Of a stretch of DNA of 64,000 bases, positions 37,956 to 56,925 are shown one piece after another. The notes below the pieces were generated by a model, which did not search any database, had not been told where the DNA came from, and was given only the letters and a program-made list of their open reading frames with translations. The DNA is from the human T2T-CHM13v2.0 reference genome, Homo sapiens: the NCBI RefSeq assembly GCF_009914755.1, contig NC_060929.1; one strand, given 5' to 3'. The position numbers and the translations under genes are program-made. Each line of letters starts with the position of its first letter. Within the stretch, counting starts at the first letter, position 1.

Positions 37956-39994
37956 CTAACTCCAATCAATGTTTGCATTAGTGACAAAGTTAGAAGAAAC
38001 AACATGGTCTACAAACAGCCACTCTACAAAGCACATGCACAGTTCATGGCTGGGAAGTTCGCTCAGGTGTCTGTAACTGTCGGCTTTCTGAAAGTTGCGG
38101 ACCCCTATTTCTGGAAGAACAAGTAGGGGACCTACATAGACTTGTTTAGGCTGTTGAACCAGGGCAGCTCAGGCACTGAAAATCAGGCATCAGCAGCCTA
38201 CAGGTTACCTCCTTTATCTATACCAAGGTATAGGTGCTGGATTCTGACATGGAAAAAAAAGACAGTCCAGTATCAGGTTCTCTTTCAGGGAGACTCAAGA
38301 ACGCTGACGCTAGACAGAGAAGGTCTATCCTCTTCAGACAATGAAAAACAATTATTCTTCTATGTTTAAAATTTAATCAGGACTCCCAGGCCAAAGATCA
38401 TAAAGAACTATTTATCTGCATCTTCTAATAGGAAGAAACAAAAGTGCTTTATCAGAATCCAAGCTGCTTCCTTTGAAGACTCATTTCCTAGCAATGCTGC
38501 AAGGGATGCTCTGTCGACCACCATTCCTTTTATTTCAGCCACAATAAATAACAAAAAAGAACATTTAATCTTCAACTGCCACCAGTATGCTAACATATCC
38601 CCCAACACTGGGAAGCATCTTCATAAATTCCAGATGTCCTGAATAACCCAGAACAAAGCAAATTAAAGACAACTTTCTAATTTAGTCTAAGTTAAAACAG
38701 ATAATATGCCACTGGGCATGCCAAACATCTAGACCTATATAAAAAGGAGGGTGGGGAGGAGATGGCAATAAAAATTGGCACAGACAATGACTTGGTTGGG
38801 GCTCTTAAAAAAAAATGCCTAGACCTTAAAAAAAAAAACAAGACCCACACACACTCCATTTGCGATCAGGTGAGTACACTTAAACAGTGCCAAAAGGAGT
38901 CCGTGGCACTGGCATTAGAATTCCTGTTATTGCCAGTGTATGTCAACAGATACTTGCCAAAGGTGAGACAACCCAGGGATCTTCATCCAAGTGAATGAAT
39001 ATGTAACTATCCTTAAGATTCTTGAGTTATCTCATTGTCTCTTTACCAAAGTGTATGATCCAGAAAAACTCCTAGATCCAAATTTATTGCTTGATTCCCA
39101 CCCCCACTCAACATTTTATTTGAAAGTTTACAAATACATAGCAAAATTGAAAGAACTTTACACTGAATATCCATATACCAATCACAATCTACCATTAACA
39201 TTCTACTATACTTGCTTTATAACATTTATCCATCCCATTAACCATCTTATTTTTTTCATGGATTTCAGAGTAAACTGCAGGTATCAGTAAATTTCCCCAT
39301 AAACACTCCAGCATGCAAATCATCCACTGAAGTTCAGCATTTGTTTACAGTTTTTTATCCTCTTGAAGTAAAAAGAGAACTTTATATACAAAGAAACACA
39401 AAAATCTATGTATTTGCTGAGTTTTGAGAAATGCATATACCCATGTTGTTTGCTTGTTAAATTTTAACTTCTCTCCTTTGTGCAAATTTTTAGAGTCCCC
39501 TGCACCATACCTTCATAACCTAAGACAGAAATACAGGAATATGGTACAATATTTGTTTAGAAGTACCCTTGAAGGTCATTTTTCAAAAAAGTACTACTGA
39601 TGATACTACGGACAAGGTAATTATACACGCTCTGCTTAAACTGGTGAGATCCCTAAGCCTTAACATACTGGGCTTCCAAAGACTAGGAGATAGCACCTGA
39701 TTTAAATATTAACAAAAACGTATGCTGGGTGACTTTTTAAAAAAATCAGTTCTAACATCCATTTTCAAAGCTGTTGATGGATCAGACAAGAACTTCTAGT
39801 TCATATGAGATGCTGCCCCAAAATCTCAGTGTGTTTCACTAAAAACACCCACTTGTTCATCTTACATGAAAGGGAGAACAGAAGATCAAGATGAATAAGG
39901 TTATCCAGAAAAGGGCTGTAGTCTTATCATTGCTTAGGGTAATTTCGGTTACAAGTAACATTATCAGGAAAATAATGCGTGTGGGTAAAATTAC

Positions 39995-40142
39995 CTTCCC
40001 ATTTATCACCATCAGAAACATTCTTCAGATCTAAATGTGGAATACTGACACACGCTGCTTCCCCTTGAACACCAACACTCTGACCTCCTGGTACTTCTGA
40101 TTCAGTGTTGGCATTCAAATCACATATCTTGCTACTAGAATC
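39995..40142 (-). CDS. FAM13B: FAM13B exon
   Basis: [49 protein letters not shown]; phase 0-1. Confidence 0.94.
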
Positions 40143-40544
40143 CTGTATTTTAAAATAAAGAATATATTTCACAACTACGGAAGCTTTTCACACCCAGCTT
40201 AAACACATCCAGCACATATCCAAGTGTAGTCTTCATTAGTTTACTGTGCCTATACAGCCAACTGTCCCACTCCCACTGTGCAAACTATTTTCAAATATAA
40301 ACATGCAGTTTTAGAATATGTCTTATTGGAAGACAAGTTTGGATCCCAAATTCAGGAAAGTGTTTTCACAACCAAGTCTCTTGTAACCAAAAGTGGCAAA
40401 TTAAGTTGCTGTTTAACTGTAAAATATTTGGTAAGAGTATTTATATTTAAATCTTTAAACCTAGCTAACCCACATTAAAGACCAGACATAACAGTTTAAA
40501 CCTAGGCAAGTTCTTAAAGACTAAGACAAAAAAATAGTTCTTAC

Positions 40545-40593
40545 CAGAATCAAGTGTGACAATTTATCACTGTCAAATAACAAATATTCTTCC
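40545..40593 (-). CDS. FAM13B: FAM13B 49-nt exon
   Basis: tttttag|GGAAGAA...CTG|gtaaga; (R)EEYLLFDSDKLSHLIL; phase 2-0; TACTAAC branch point at 40614-40620. Confidence 0.92.
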
Positions 40594-41692
40594 CTAAAAA
40601 TACAAGTAAAGTTGTTAGTATATTAAGAATAAAAAGGCTACTATCATTATATATTTCTTACCTAGATTCCTCTACTCCATAACACAGTTAGCATTTACAA
40701 TGTGCGAGGAGAAAATGCCAACTGGACACATGCCCATTCTTTGGAGCCCTATATCTGAAAAATCACACAATACTGAAAAGATCCACAGAATCACTTCGGG
40801 TTTAGAAAAATCAAGTAACAATCCCTACTCCACCCCACAAACCACAGCAAAAAAGAAAAACCTTTATAAAATGAAAACTAAAATCCACAGTAAGTAGAAA
40901 CCCAAAAGAATGAATGTATAATAAAGATTTTATAAAATAAATGTTTTAACCAAATAAACAGCTCTATTCTCTCCATTCTTGAGACTTTCAAAGAAAACTT
41001 TTTAAAAAGGTATCACTATGTCTTTTACTTTAAACTTGACTGTATTCTATCACAAGGATACTACTTCCAATCAGAGAAGGTTACTACTTCCAAACCTTTC
41101 CCTCCTCAAAATATAACAGTAACATACTAAAAGGAAATTTTAAAAAATTTCAGTCCACCTTTTACTTCCCCAGAAAAACTAACCCTTATTTAGAACAAGT
41201 GTTATAGCAAGCTGTCGTAAGTGATCTGTACCTATTTTACCAGTCAAGAGAGCACCTGCTATTATACAGTAGATTATCAATATGCCTACTGGGGGAAAGT
41301 TCTTTTCCCCAAAGACACAGTGGCAATTTACAATGACACATCGAGATGTCACTTCTAACCGGCCATAACAGAGTATGCACTCAGGAGACATGCCTTGATC
41401 TAAATATTGCAAGTCATCTTCTCATACAGATAATTACCTTATTCTTGCTGAGAATAAGAAATGAACTAAATGCTCTGTTAAGCTTAAAGGCATTCCTTTG
41501 CTTAGAGTAGGAGCAAATGGTAGGATGAGTAATTACTACCTTAGCAGCCTAAAAGACCTAATCACCTACATTTGAGAAGCATGAATGTTAAACATACAAA
41601 ATGTAATCCACCTAACCAAGGTACTCTGGATCTAAAAACCAGTTTGCTAACTTATACACAGTTGAAGTTGAAGAGGAGAGAGCTTTTTCCAA

Positions 41693-41693
<1 letters not shown>

Positions 41694-41724
<31 letters not shown>
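41694..41724. repeat. (AAC)n trinucleotide repeat
   Basis: About 10 AAC units. Confidence 0.9.
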
Positions 41725-42780
41725 GAAGAGTCCTCACTAAATGGGTCCTTATTGTTCTACCAAATCCAGATGTCACTATTCTGGGGGTGCCTGTTAATGT
41801 TGTTAATTTTATATCTTCAGCCCATAGCTCCAATACTTCCTGGGCTGGAAGAGGATGATTCCTGCCTCCTGAAAGGAAGGACAAGGAACTGCTATAAGGA
41901 AATCTGTGGACCTTCAGAGTATGGGGAGGCTCCAGAGACGTGGCTCCAAAGAATTTGCTTACCCTTAAAGAACAGGCTTCCTACTTATAATTAAAAGAAA
42001 CAATAGAATACAAATATGTCCTGGCCAACAGGCTGTCAGCAAATTAGTATACTGTCTGGGATCTCTCAATATTTACAATCTAGCCTGCAACTTCATTACT
42101 GAAGTGTTTTCAGAATCTCAAATCACCTTCCTAAGAAAGTTATACTTTTTGGCAGCATCTTGAAGACTGATGCAAAGGGTAACAAGAACCCAAATCTTAC
42201 TCTGTGATTTAAAACATTCTAGAAAGCTTCTATTCAAAGAGGCTATCTATTGAGACTCTACATTAGTCGAAATACTCATTGCCTCCAGTATTTCTCTACC
42301 ATTACAGCCAGCCAAAGAGGTTAAAAAAGCACCAGCTGCCTAAGAGTGTACTGAGACACACCAAGGATAAATTCAAAGAGGAAGAAAAACATCCTATACA
42401 TATTTGTTGAATCAAATACAGTATCTCTCAGTTAGTTATACACAGTTACAAGATCATGAATTAACTCACTGACAGGTATACTCAGAATATCAGTAAATTC
42501 CCAATTGTTCCACAATCAACTGAAAGATTTAAATGTCTCCAAAAAGGCTGTTTTTCCCTCTGAATGTTTTCCAAGTTATAACTACTGTCTGAACCTGTAC
42601 AAATCCAAATATTTATGGGTATTTAATATCCTTTATGCCTACCATTATAACAAGAAGGCTGTTTAAGATTATCTAAACTATATATTTATAATGGACATTC
42701 ATCTAAAAAAATCACCTCAAAAATCTGTGAAGAGCTCCAATTCTCAAAATGATTAATTAGCAACAAGAAAAAATGCTTAC

Positions 42781-42845
42781 CTCTCAAGACAGCCATCTTC
42801 ACTATCACCACGGTCACTGCATGGCTCTAACAATATACCTACAGA
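42781..42845 (-). CDS. FAM13B: FAM13B most 5' exon in the window; upstream exons including the RhoGAP domain lie beyond 64000
   Basis: ttttgtcag|TCTGTAGGT...GAGAG|gtaagc; SVGILLEPCSDRGDSEDGCLE(R); an alternative AG lies 7 nt downstream (exon start 42838). Confidence 0.88.
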
Positions 42846-44010
42846 CTGACAAAAAGAACACTACCATGTATTAATGGAGCTCCCAATACTCAGATAAGAG
42901 AAGTTGCCAATCTAAATTAGGATATTAGAATACAGATTAGTCAAACACCCCTAATTAGCTATCATTTATAATAGTCTGTAGTACTTAGCATCTCTTTTTA
43001 CAGAGAGTAATTTATCTTCCCTCAAAACCTGGGTCATATGAAGTATAGCAGGTACTCTGCATTTCTCTCTATTAGGTAATATGTATCACCACTACCATCC
43101 TTCTTCCTTAGAATTATCTCCTCCAAAATGATGGTCTTCTGATCCTGCTTGCCAACTGCTGCTTGCTTTATTTCTCCTCAGCTACAAAGATACAAGTTTG
43201 GTGACTTCTTGTAGGTAAGATAGGAGTCATAGAGGAGTTCACTAGATTCCTTTGTATATTTGAAGTAATAACTATTTTCCACAAAGAAAGTCCCCACATG
43301 AGAAAACTCTCCCATTTTCCAACGAGCTTAGTGACACCATCTCATCCCTATTCCCCCCCAAACTAAAAACCTACCAAGTCTAATACAAATACCCAGAGAA
43401 TTACTACAAAATACATGAACGTTGTGGCGTTTTTGATGATCACCTTTCAAATCAACAAAAGGTTCCATACTTCCTAGACTCTCTGATTCTTCTTTAGAAA
43501 GTAAGTACCACTTGTCCAGCTTTGTTTAGCATGAAAGAAGGTCCACAAGAATCTGCAAAAAAAGCTGTTAAAATACTAGTCCCTTTTCAAACTACACATC
43601 TGTGAGGCTGTCTCATATGCTTCAACAAAACAATGTAACAGCAACAGACTTAAATGCAGAAGCATATACAAGAATCCAGCTGTCTTCTGTAAGTCAAACA
43701 GGTATCAACAATATTTCTAGCTATGTAAAACAATGCCACTCCTCAAACTTAAAAAATTTTATGAAAACAGTTATCTATTGTGGAAAAGAGCAACCTTACT
43801 TATGTTACCATAAATGAGTTTGTTAAATTAATGTTTTTTAAATTTACCAGTTTTAATTCCTAATATGGTAAATCCTAACAGATATACCTATGTAAACAAA
43901 AGCTCTTTGGGATCTTCAATATTTTTAAGAGTATGAATGAGTCCCTGAGACCCAAAGTGTGAGAACCACTGATACAGAAATCAGACTTCGGTAACTTTTA
44001 TGATCAATAA

Positions 44011-44354
44011 CAGGTGTCCCCAACCCCTGGACCGGTACCGATCGCTAGCCTGTTAAGAACCAGGCCACACAGCAGGAGGTGAGCAGCTGGGGGAGTGGGG
44101 AGTGAGCACTATGGCATGAGCTCCGCGCCTCCAGTCATATGAGTGCTGGCATTAGATTCTCAGAGGCATGGACCCTATTGTGAGCTGTGCAAACAAGGGA
44201 TCTAGGTTGTGTTCCTTATGAGAATCTAACTAAAGCTTTGATGATGTGAGGTAGAACAGTTTCATCCCAAAACCCCAAACCCCTATCCACCATCCATGGA
44301 AAAACTATTGTCCACAAAACCAGTCCCTGGTTCCAAAAATGTTGGGGATCTCTG
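44011..44354. mobile_element. MER1B-like (hAT-Charlie)
   Basis: CAGGTGTCCCCAACCCC...GTTGGGGATCTCTG terminal inverted repeats, about 340 bp. Confidence 0.75.
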
Positions 44355-44801
44355 CTCTAGAAGATAGCTTTACATTCTGAAGGTTTCTGGGCACATGAAA
44401 TAACCATTACCCAGACCAAATATTTAATTTTTATTTATTTACTTAAAAAAAATTTTTGAGACAGTCTCACTCTGTCATCCAGGCCAGAGTGAGGCTCATG
44501 CAGGTTCACTGCAAACTCCATCTCCTGGGTTCAAGCGATTCTCCTGCCTCAGCCTCCCGAGTAGCTGGGACTACAGGTGTGGTGCCAGTACACCTGGCTA
44601 ATTGTTTTGTATTTTTAGCAGAGATGGGGTTTCAGCATGTTGAATAGGGTAATTTTTTTGTAATTTTAGTAGAGATGGGTTTCGGCATGTTGGCCAGGCT
44701 GGTCTTGAACTCCTGACCTCAAGTGATCCATCTGTCTTCAGCCTCCCAAAGTCCTGGGATTACAGGCATGAGCCACTGTGCACAACCAGACCCAATATTT
44801 A

Positions 44802-45126
<325 letters not shown>

Positions 45127-46477
45127 TCAAAAGAACCAAATTCAAGCCCTAGCTCTGCCTTTCTCATCACAAATATGAGAATAACAATAATTTACTTGAC
45201 TACCTCAGAGTTACCACAGAGAATCAAAAGAAATAGCTTATAAGAAAAACCATCTATATTGGCCAGGCACAGAGCCTCACACTTGTAATCCCAACACTTT
45301 GGGAGGCCAAGGCGGATGGATCACTTGAGGTCAGGAGTTCAAGACCAGCCTGGCCAACATGGTGAAATCCCGTCTACTAAAAATACAAAAATCAGCCAGG
45401 TGCAGTAGTGTGCGCCTGTAATCCCAGCTACTCAGGAGGCTGAGGCACAAGAATCACTTGAACCCAGTGGGGAGGAGGAGATTGCGGTGAGTGGAGACTG
45501 TGCCACTGCACTCCAGCCTGGGTGACAGAGCGAGCCTCTGTTTCAAAAAAATATAAAATATATAAATAAAATAAAATATCAGCAGGCAAAATAACCCATA
45601 CCTTCTCCCCACTTCCTCCCATGTGCCCTTCCACAAACATTAAGGTCTGCAAAGGAAAGCTAAGGTGCTCTGGTCTCAATTCAGGTAAGTTAGAGAGCTT
45701 TGGCAGTGGCGGTGGCAGTGGCAGCAGCAGGAGGAGCAGCAGATACAGCACAGTCATATTAGCAATATCTTAGGAGCTATCGGAGATTACTGCCAAGAGT
45801 TAATTAAAACCTGACAGGCATTTCCGGTAATTCCTCTGGTCTCCATCCCTTCCTTAGGGGTCCATAATTGGTGCACCCACCTTGCTTAGTTCTGCATCTT
45901 CCCATTTCTCTCATTTACCTTTGGCTCAAGCATGCTAGTTACTTCTATTAAATAGGCTACATATCTCCACTCCATTCTGTACCTTGCATTTGCTGAACAA
46001 ACACTCAATAAATTGCATATTGATATACTTCTATCTAGCCTACTCTCTCTCTTCTACTGAATTAATATGATCAAAACTGATGAGGTCTTAAGACTAGTAC
46101 ACGTCAAATTTATAGCCTTCTCTTCCTCTTGACTATCTACTAGAGTTTATAAATACTTCTGGCCTCCACTTCTGAAAGGAGATAAAACAGTTTCTCAGTG
46201 TTTGCAAGGTATGAATAATTCTAAGTTTTGAAGGGGCACCATCAATGAAGGTACCCTGAAATGAATGGATTTTACTGATGATAAATCCAGGTATTTTGAT
46301 GTGAGTTCTAATCAGGCTATTCAACTTCATACACTTTTTTTTTTCACCTTCATACACTTTCAACTCCCAAAATATTGATTACTGTACAACTTATACCTAT
46401 TCAAAATCTATAGTGAATAATCTCTTTGTATCAGATAAAACTCCTAAATATTTACTACAGAATCTAGTAGCACATTA

Positions 46478-47050
<573 letters not shown>

Positions 47051-48114
47051 TTAAACAAGATACCATTACACATCTATCAGAATGGCCAAAATCCAAAACA
47101 CTAACACTACCAAATACTGGCAAGAATGTGGCACTGTCACTCATTGCTGGTGAATGAATGAGAAACACACTCAACTGATTTGAAACACCACTTTTATTAC
47201 AAATGTATCCAGGCATTTAGTTTATAATAAAGGTGGCATTTCATATTGGTGGGAAAAGGATATATTATACAAAAAATTACGGTGTTGGGATATCTAGGTA
47301 AACATGTAGGACAAACAGCTGAATCTGCTCTTCACATCTTACACCATGATAAATTCCAAATGGGTCAAATATTCAAATGTAGAAAATGAAACCATAGAAG
47401 TATTTTTTTAAAAGAAGAAAGTTAGCTTATAATCTCAGAATAGGGAAGGCCTTCCCAACTATTAAAACCTAAAATCTTAAAAAAGGGAAAAAAAAAAAGA
47501 CGATAAAGTTTAACACCATCAAAAATGACTTTAAGTAGTCAAAAGACAAAAAACTGGAAACAAATATTTGCGACTGATCGTTAAGAAAGTAGGTAGTTCC
47601 TTAATAAATAAAAAATATGGCCAGGCACGGTGGCTTATGCCTGTAATCCCAGCCCTTTGAGAGGCCGAGGTGGGTGGATCACAAGGTCAGGAGTTCAAGA
47701 CCAGCCTGGCCAAGATGGTGAAACCCGGTCTCTAGTAAAAATACAAAAGTTAGCTGGGCGTGGTGGCAGGTGCCTGCAATCCTAGCTACTCGGGAGGCTG
47801 AGGCAGAGAACTGCTTGAACCCAGGAGGCGGAGGTTGCAGTGGGCTGAGATCGCACCACTGCACTTCAACCTGGGAGACAAACCGAGACTCTGTCTCAAA
47901 AAAAAAATGTACAAACCAAAAAGGAAAAATACCATCAACCCAACAGAAAAATGTGGATGTGGACAACTGGAAACAGAAAAGACGAGACCCATCATGGTGG
48001 CTCACATCTGTAATTCCAGTATTTTCAGAGGCTGAGGTGGGAGAATTGCTTGAAGCCAGGAGTTCAAGACCAGCCCAGGCAACAAAGTGAGACTCCTTCT
48101 CTGTAAAAAAATTA

Positions 48115-48288
<174 letters not shown>

Positions 48289-48379
48289 TTAACATTTCTA
48301 TAAAAATGTCAATGTAGGCCAGGCGCGGTGGCTCACACCTGTAATCCCAGCACTTTTGGAGGCTGAGGAGGGCGGATCA

Positions 48380-48611
<232 letters not shown>

Positions 48612-49114
48612 TCAATGTAAAAGAAAGTCACAATGTAAGTTTCCACTAAAAAAAAAAAGTACAAAAATTAGCTAGGTGTGGTGGCACACACTTTTAATCC
48701 CGGCTACTTGGGAGGCTGAGGCATGAGACTCACTTGAATCTGGGAGGTAGAGGCTGCAGCAAACCGAGATCATGCCACTGCACTCTAGCCTGGGCAAGAC
48801 TGAGACTCTGTCTCAAAAAAAAAAAAAAAAAAAATTCTTAAGATTAATTTCAGCCTGGCTAACCAATACATTATAGGACTGTGGTTTATGTAGCACCTAG
48901 TACTACAGTTTATGTAGATCACATAAAGCTGTTTATGTGATCAGCTTTGAAACATTAAAAAGCAATTTGTGGGGGGAGGAGCCAAGATGGCCGAATAGGA
49001 ACGGCTCTGGTCTACAGCTCCCAGCGTGAGCGACGCAAAAGACGGGTGATTTCTGCATTTCCATCTGAGGTACCGGGTTCATCTCACTAGGGAGGGCCAG
49101 ACAGTGGGCGCAGG

Positions 49115-49423
49115 TCAGTGGGTGCGTGCATCGTGCGCGAGCCAAAGCAGGGCGAGGCATTGCCTCACTCGGGAAGCGCAAGGGGTCAGGGAGTTCCCTT
49201 TCCTAGTCAAAGAAAGTGGTGACAGACGGCACCTAGAAAATTGGGTCACTCCCACCTGAATACTACGCTTTTCCGACGGGCTTAAAAAACGGCACACCAG
49301 GACATTATATCCCGCACCTGGCTTGGAGGGTCCTACACCCACAGAGTCTCGCTGATTGCTACCACAGCAGTCTGAGATCAAACTGCAAGGCGGCAGCGAG
49401 GCTGGGGGAGGGGTGCCCGCCAT
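49115..49423 (-). CDS. L1 ORF0 (antisense 5'UTR ORF), open, 102 aa
   Basis: GCAATGGCG start; MAGTPPPASLPPCSLISDCCGSNQRDSVGVGPSKPG..., matching the primate L1 ORF0 N-terminus; expression not shown. Confidence 0.6.
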   Translation of the reverse strand: MAGTPPPASLPPCSLISDCCGSNQRDSVGVGPSKPGAGYNVLVCRFLSPSEKRSIQVGVTQFSRCRLSPLSLTRKGNSLTPCASRVRQCLALLWLAHDARTH

Positions 49424-49878
49424 TGCCCAGGCTTGCTTAGGTAAACAAAGCAGCCGGGAAGCTCTAACTGGGTGGAGCCCACCACAGCTCAAGGAGGCCT
49501 GCCTGCCTCTGTAGGCTCCACCTCTGGGGGGCAGGGCACAGACAAACAAAAAGACAGCAGTAATCTCTGCAGACTTAAATGTCCCTGTCTGACAGCATTG
49601 AAGAGAGCAGTGGTTCTCCCAGCACGCAGCTGGAGATCTGAGAACGGGCAGACTGCCTCCTCAAGTGGGTCCCTGACCCTTGACCCCCAAGCAGCCTAAC
49701 TGGGAGGCACCCCCAGCAGGGGCAGACTGACACCTCACACGGCCGGGTGCTCCAACAGACCTGCAGCTGAGGTTCCTGTCTGTTAGAAGGAAAACTAACA
49801 AACAGAAAGGACATTCACACCAAAAACCCATCTGTACATCACCATCATCAAAGGCCAAAGGTAGATAAAACCACAAAG

Positions 49879-50895
49879 ATGGGGAAAAAACAGAGCAGAA
49901 AAACTGGAAACTCTAAAAAGCAGAGCACCTCTCCTCCTCCAAAGGAACGCAGTTCCTCACCAGCAACGGAACAAAGCTGGACGGAGAATGACTTTGACGA
50001 CCTGAGAGAAGAAGGCTTCAGACGATCAAACTACTCCGAGCTACGGGAGGACATTCAAACCAAAGGCAAAGAAGTTGAAAACTTTGAAAAAAATTTAGAA
50101 GAATGTATAACTAGAATAACCAATACAGAGAAGTGCTTAAAGGAGCTGATGTAGCTGAAAACCAAGGCTCGAGAACTACGTGAAGAATGCAGAAGCCTCA
50201 GGAGCCGATGCAATCAACTGGAAGAAGGGGTATCAGTGATGGAAGACCAAATGAATGAAATGAAGCGAGAAGGGAAGTTTAGAGAAAAAAGAATAAAAAG
50301 AAATGAGCAAAGCCTCCAAGAAATATGGGACTATGTGAAAAGACCAAATCTACGTCTGATTGGTGTACCTGCAAGTGACGGGGAGAATGGAACCAAGTTG
50401 GAAAACATTCTGCAGGATATTATCCAGGAGAACTTCCCCAATCTAGCAAGGCAGGCCAACGTTCAGATTCAGGAAATACAGAGAACGCCACAAAGATACT
50501 CCTCGAGAAGAGCAACACCAAGACACATAATTGTCAGATTCACCAAAGTTGAAACGAAGGAAAAAATGTTAAGGGCAGCCAGAGAGAAAGGTCGGGTTAC
50601 CCTCAAAGGGAAGCCCATCAGACTAACAGCGGATCTCTCAGCAGAAACTCTACAAGGCAGAAGAGAGTGGGGGCCAATATTCAACATTCTTAAACAAAAG
50701 AATTTTCAACCCAGAATTTCATATCCAGCCAAACTAAGCTTCATAAGTGAAGGAGAAATAAAATACTTTACAGACAAGCAAATGCTGAGAGATTCTGTCA
50801 CCACCAGGCCTGCCCTAAAAGAGCTCCTGAAGGAAGCGCTAAACATGGAAAGGAACAACCGGTACCAGCCACTGCAAAATCATGCCAAAATGTAA
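49879..50895 (+). pseudogene. L1 ORF1p, interrupted
   Basis: MGKKQSRKTGNSK...NHAKM*; premature TAG at 50152-50154 where the consensus has GAG. Confidence 0.95.
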
Positions 50896-50946
50896 AGACC
50901 ATCGAGACTAGGAAGAAACTGTGTCAATTAACAAGCAAAATAATGA

Positions 50947-54780
<3,834 letters not shown>

Positions 54781-55160
54781 ACAATGAGAACACATGGACA
54801 CAGGAAGGGGAACATCACACTCTGGAGACTGTTGTGGGGTGGGGGGAGGGGGGAGGGATAGCATTGGGAGATATACCTAATGCTAGATGACGAGTTAGTG
54901 GGTGCAGCGCACCAGCATGGCACATGTATACATATGTAACTAACCTGCACATTGTGCACATGTACCCTAAAACTTAAAGTATAATAATAATAAATAAAAA
55001 AAAGAAAAAAAAAAGAAGTGCAACCATACAGCATTTCTCCAAAAAAAAAAAAAAAGCAAGCAATTTGTTTTCCTTACACTGCAAGTCAATTTCAGAGAAA
55101 ACAAATCTCCAACATTATCTTTTATGTCTAAAATGTTGATCTCCTTACAATATTCTAGCC

Positions 55161-55499
55161 CAGGTGTTGGCAAACTACAGCATACTAGACAAATCCAACC
55201 TGTTGCCAGTTTTTGCATGGTCACTTGGCTAAGAAGGGTTTCTACGTTTTTAATGATTGTGGGTAGAAGGGAGAATCAAAAGAATAATGATATTCTGTGA
55301 AGTGAAAATGACACAAAATTCAATTTTAGTGTCCATAAATTAAATTTTATTGGAACACAGCCATGCTCATTTCTTACGGTTTTTTCTGGCTGCGTCCATG
55401 CTACAATAGCAGAGTTAAGTAGTTGTGGCAGAGACTATATACCCACAATGCCTAAAATATTTACTGTGTAGACCTTTACACAAAGTTTGCTGACTCCTG
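55161..55499. mobile_element. MER58-like (hAT-Charlie)
   Basis: CAGGTGTTGGCAAACTAC...TTTTATTGGAACACAGCCATGC...GTTTGCTGACTCCTG. Confidence 0.75.
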
Positions 55500-56592
55500 C
55501 TCTATCTAGCCTTACACTTTCCTAGACACAAGTTACTTTCTACGAAAGCCACTTGAATCACGCCATGCCATAATACACTTGAAACTCATACATCCTGTCC
55601 AACTAATATTCCCCTCTTCTGCAACTTCTTCACCTTACTGTCACCGCTTGAAAACTTCATTCTAAATTTCTAATCCACCCAACACGCACTCTGTACCCTG
55701 GCTAACTATTTCAAAGCTATTTAGTCAATGCCCTAACCAATGTGGTCTAGTTTATGACCAGCTTTCTGTCCTCCAGACAGACAGATGCTACAATAAAATG
55801 TGTCACTTAACGTACCTTCCTAGTTGGCTCACTACAAATTCATGTCATCAAACTTCAGTTAGACCTCCACTGGTTCTCAAACATCTGGTGACTCAGTTCT
55901 GTCTGATTTCTCCCCACAGAGACTCCTGCAAAACTACCTATTTCTTCAGATCCAAACCCAATTCCTGTCTCCTCACCCTCTGCAAATGCATTTCATTTTA
56001 AAATGGTCAAAGCCATCTGAATTAAGTCCCCAAAACACCTCTCGCTTAAAAAAATATTCTATATATCCCCTTTTACTGAAGATTAAAAGTAGCCTCTCCT
56101 ATTTAGGAATAGTCACTCAACTTGCACACTGAATCACCTTTCTTCCATCTCTCACTCCCAACCCCCTCTATGCAGTGTTCCCCTAACTACCCTGGGTTTT
56201 TTTTTTTCTTTCTGACATTTTTTAGTCTCTCCCTATCTAGTGAGTGATTCCTACTGACATGCTCAAATCTCCATCCTGTATCAAGAAAGCAGAAATGGGG
56301 GACGGGAGTGGGGAAGGGGGGAATATCTCTTCCACAACCAGACTGCTCAACTCTTCCTTTTTTTTTTTTTTTTTTTTGAGACAGTCTTGCTCTGTTGCCC
56401 AGGCTGGAGTGCAGTGGCGCGATCTCCGCCTCCCGGGTTCATGCCATTCTGCCTCAGCCTCCCAAGTAGCTGGGACTACAGGCGCCTGCCACCACGCCTG
56501 GCTAATTTTTCGTATTTTTGTAGAGACGGGGTTTCACCATGTTAGCCAGGATGGTCTCCATCTCCTGACTTCGTGATCCACCCACCTCGGCC

Positions 56593-56925
56593 TCCCAAAG
56601 TGCTGGGATTACAGGCGTGAACCACCATGCCTGGCCTTCTCTTTCCTTTTAATTTCAATGCAAAACTTGTGCAAAAGGCATTCCACACACTGCAGCTTCT
56701 ACCTACTCACCTGATATTCATTCTCAACCATGAAATCCTCTACCTACCAAAGCTCCTCTTTCTTTACCAATAATTTCTATCACTAAATGCAATAAATTTT
56801 CTTTAATTGGAATTTTTTGCTTAAATTATTTGATTATAAATCAGAGAAACTGTTGGAAACCTAAATATAAGAACATATGAAGAAAAGTAAAATCATCCAT
56901 AACCTATCAGCCAGAAGGCCACTGT
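56593..56925 (+). repeat. Left copy of the ~330-bp direct repeat flanking MER11
   Basis: Aligns end-to-end with 58005-58330 (about 8 substitutions and 2 indels by hand). Confidence 0.95.

Noticed and set aside
41572-41994. 140-aa + strand ORF with a poly-Thr run
   Set aside because: Non-ATG start, the Thr run comes from an (AAC)n microsatellite, and there is no recognisable domain or splice context.
45700-45745. GGCAGT/GCA-rich run giving a Leu/Pro-rich ORF
   Set aside because: Short low-complexity sequence with no exon signals.
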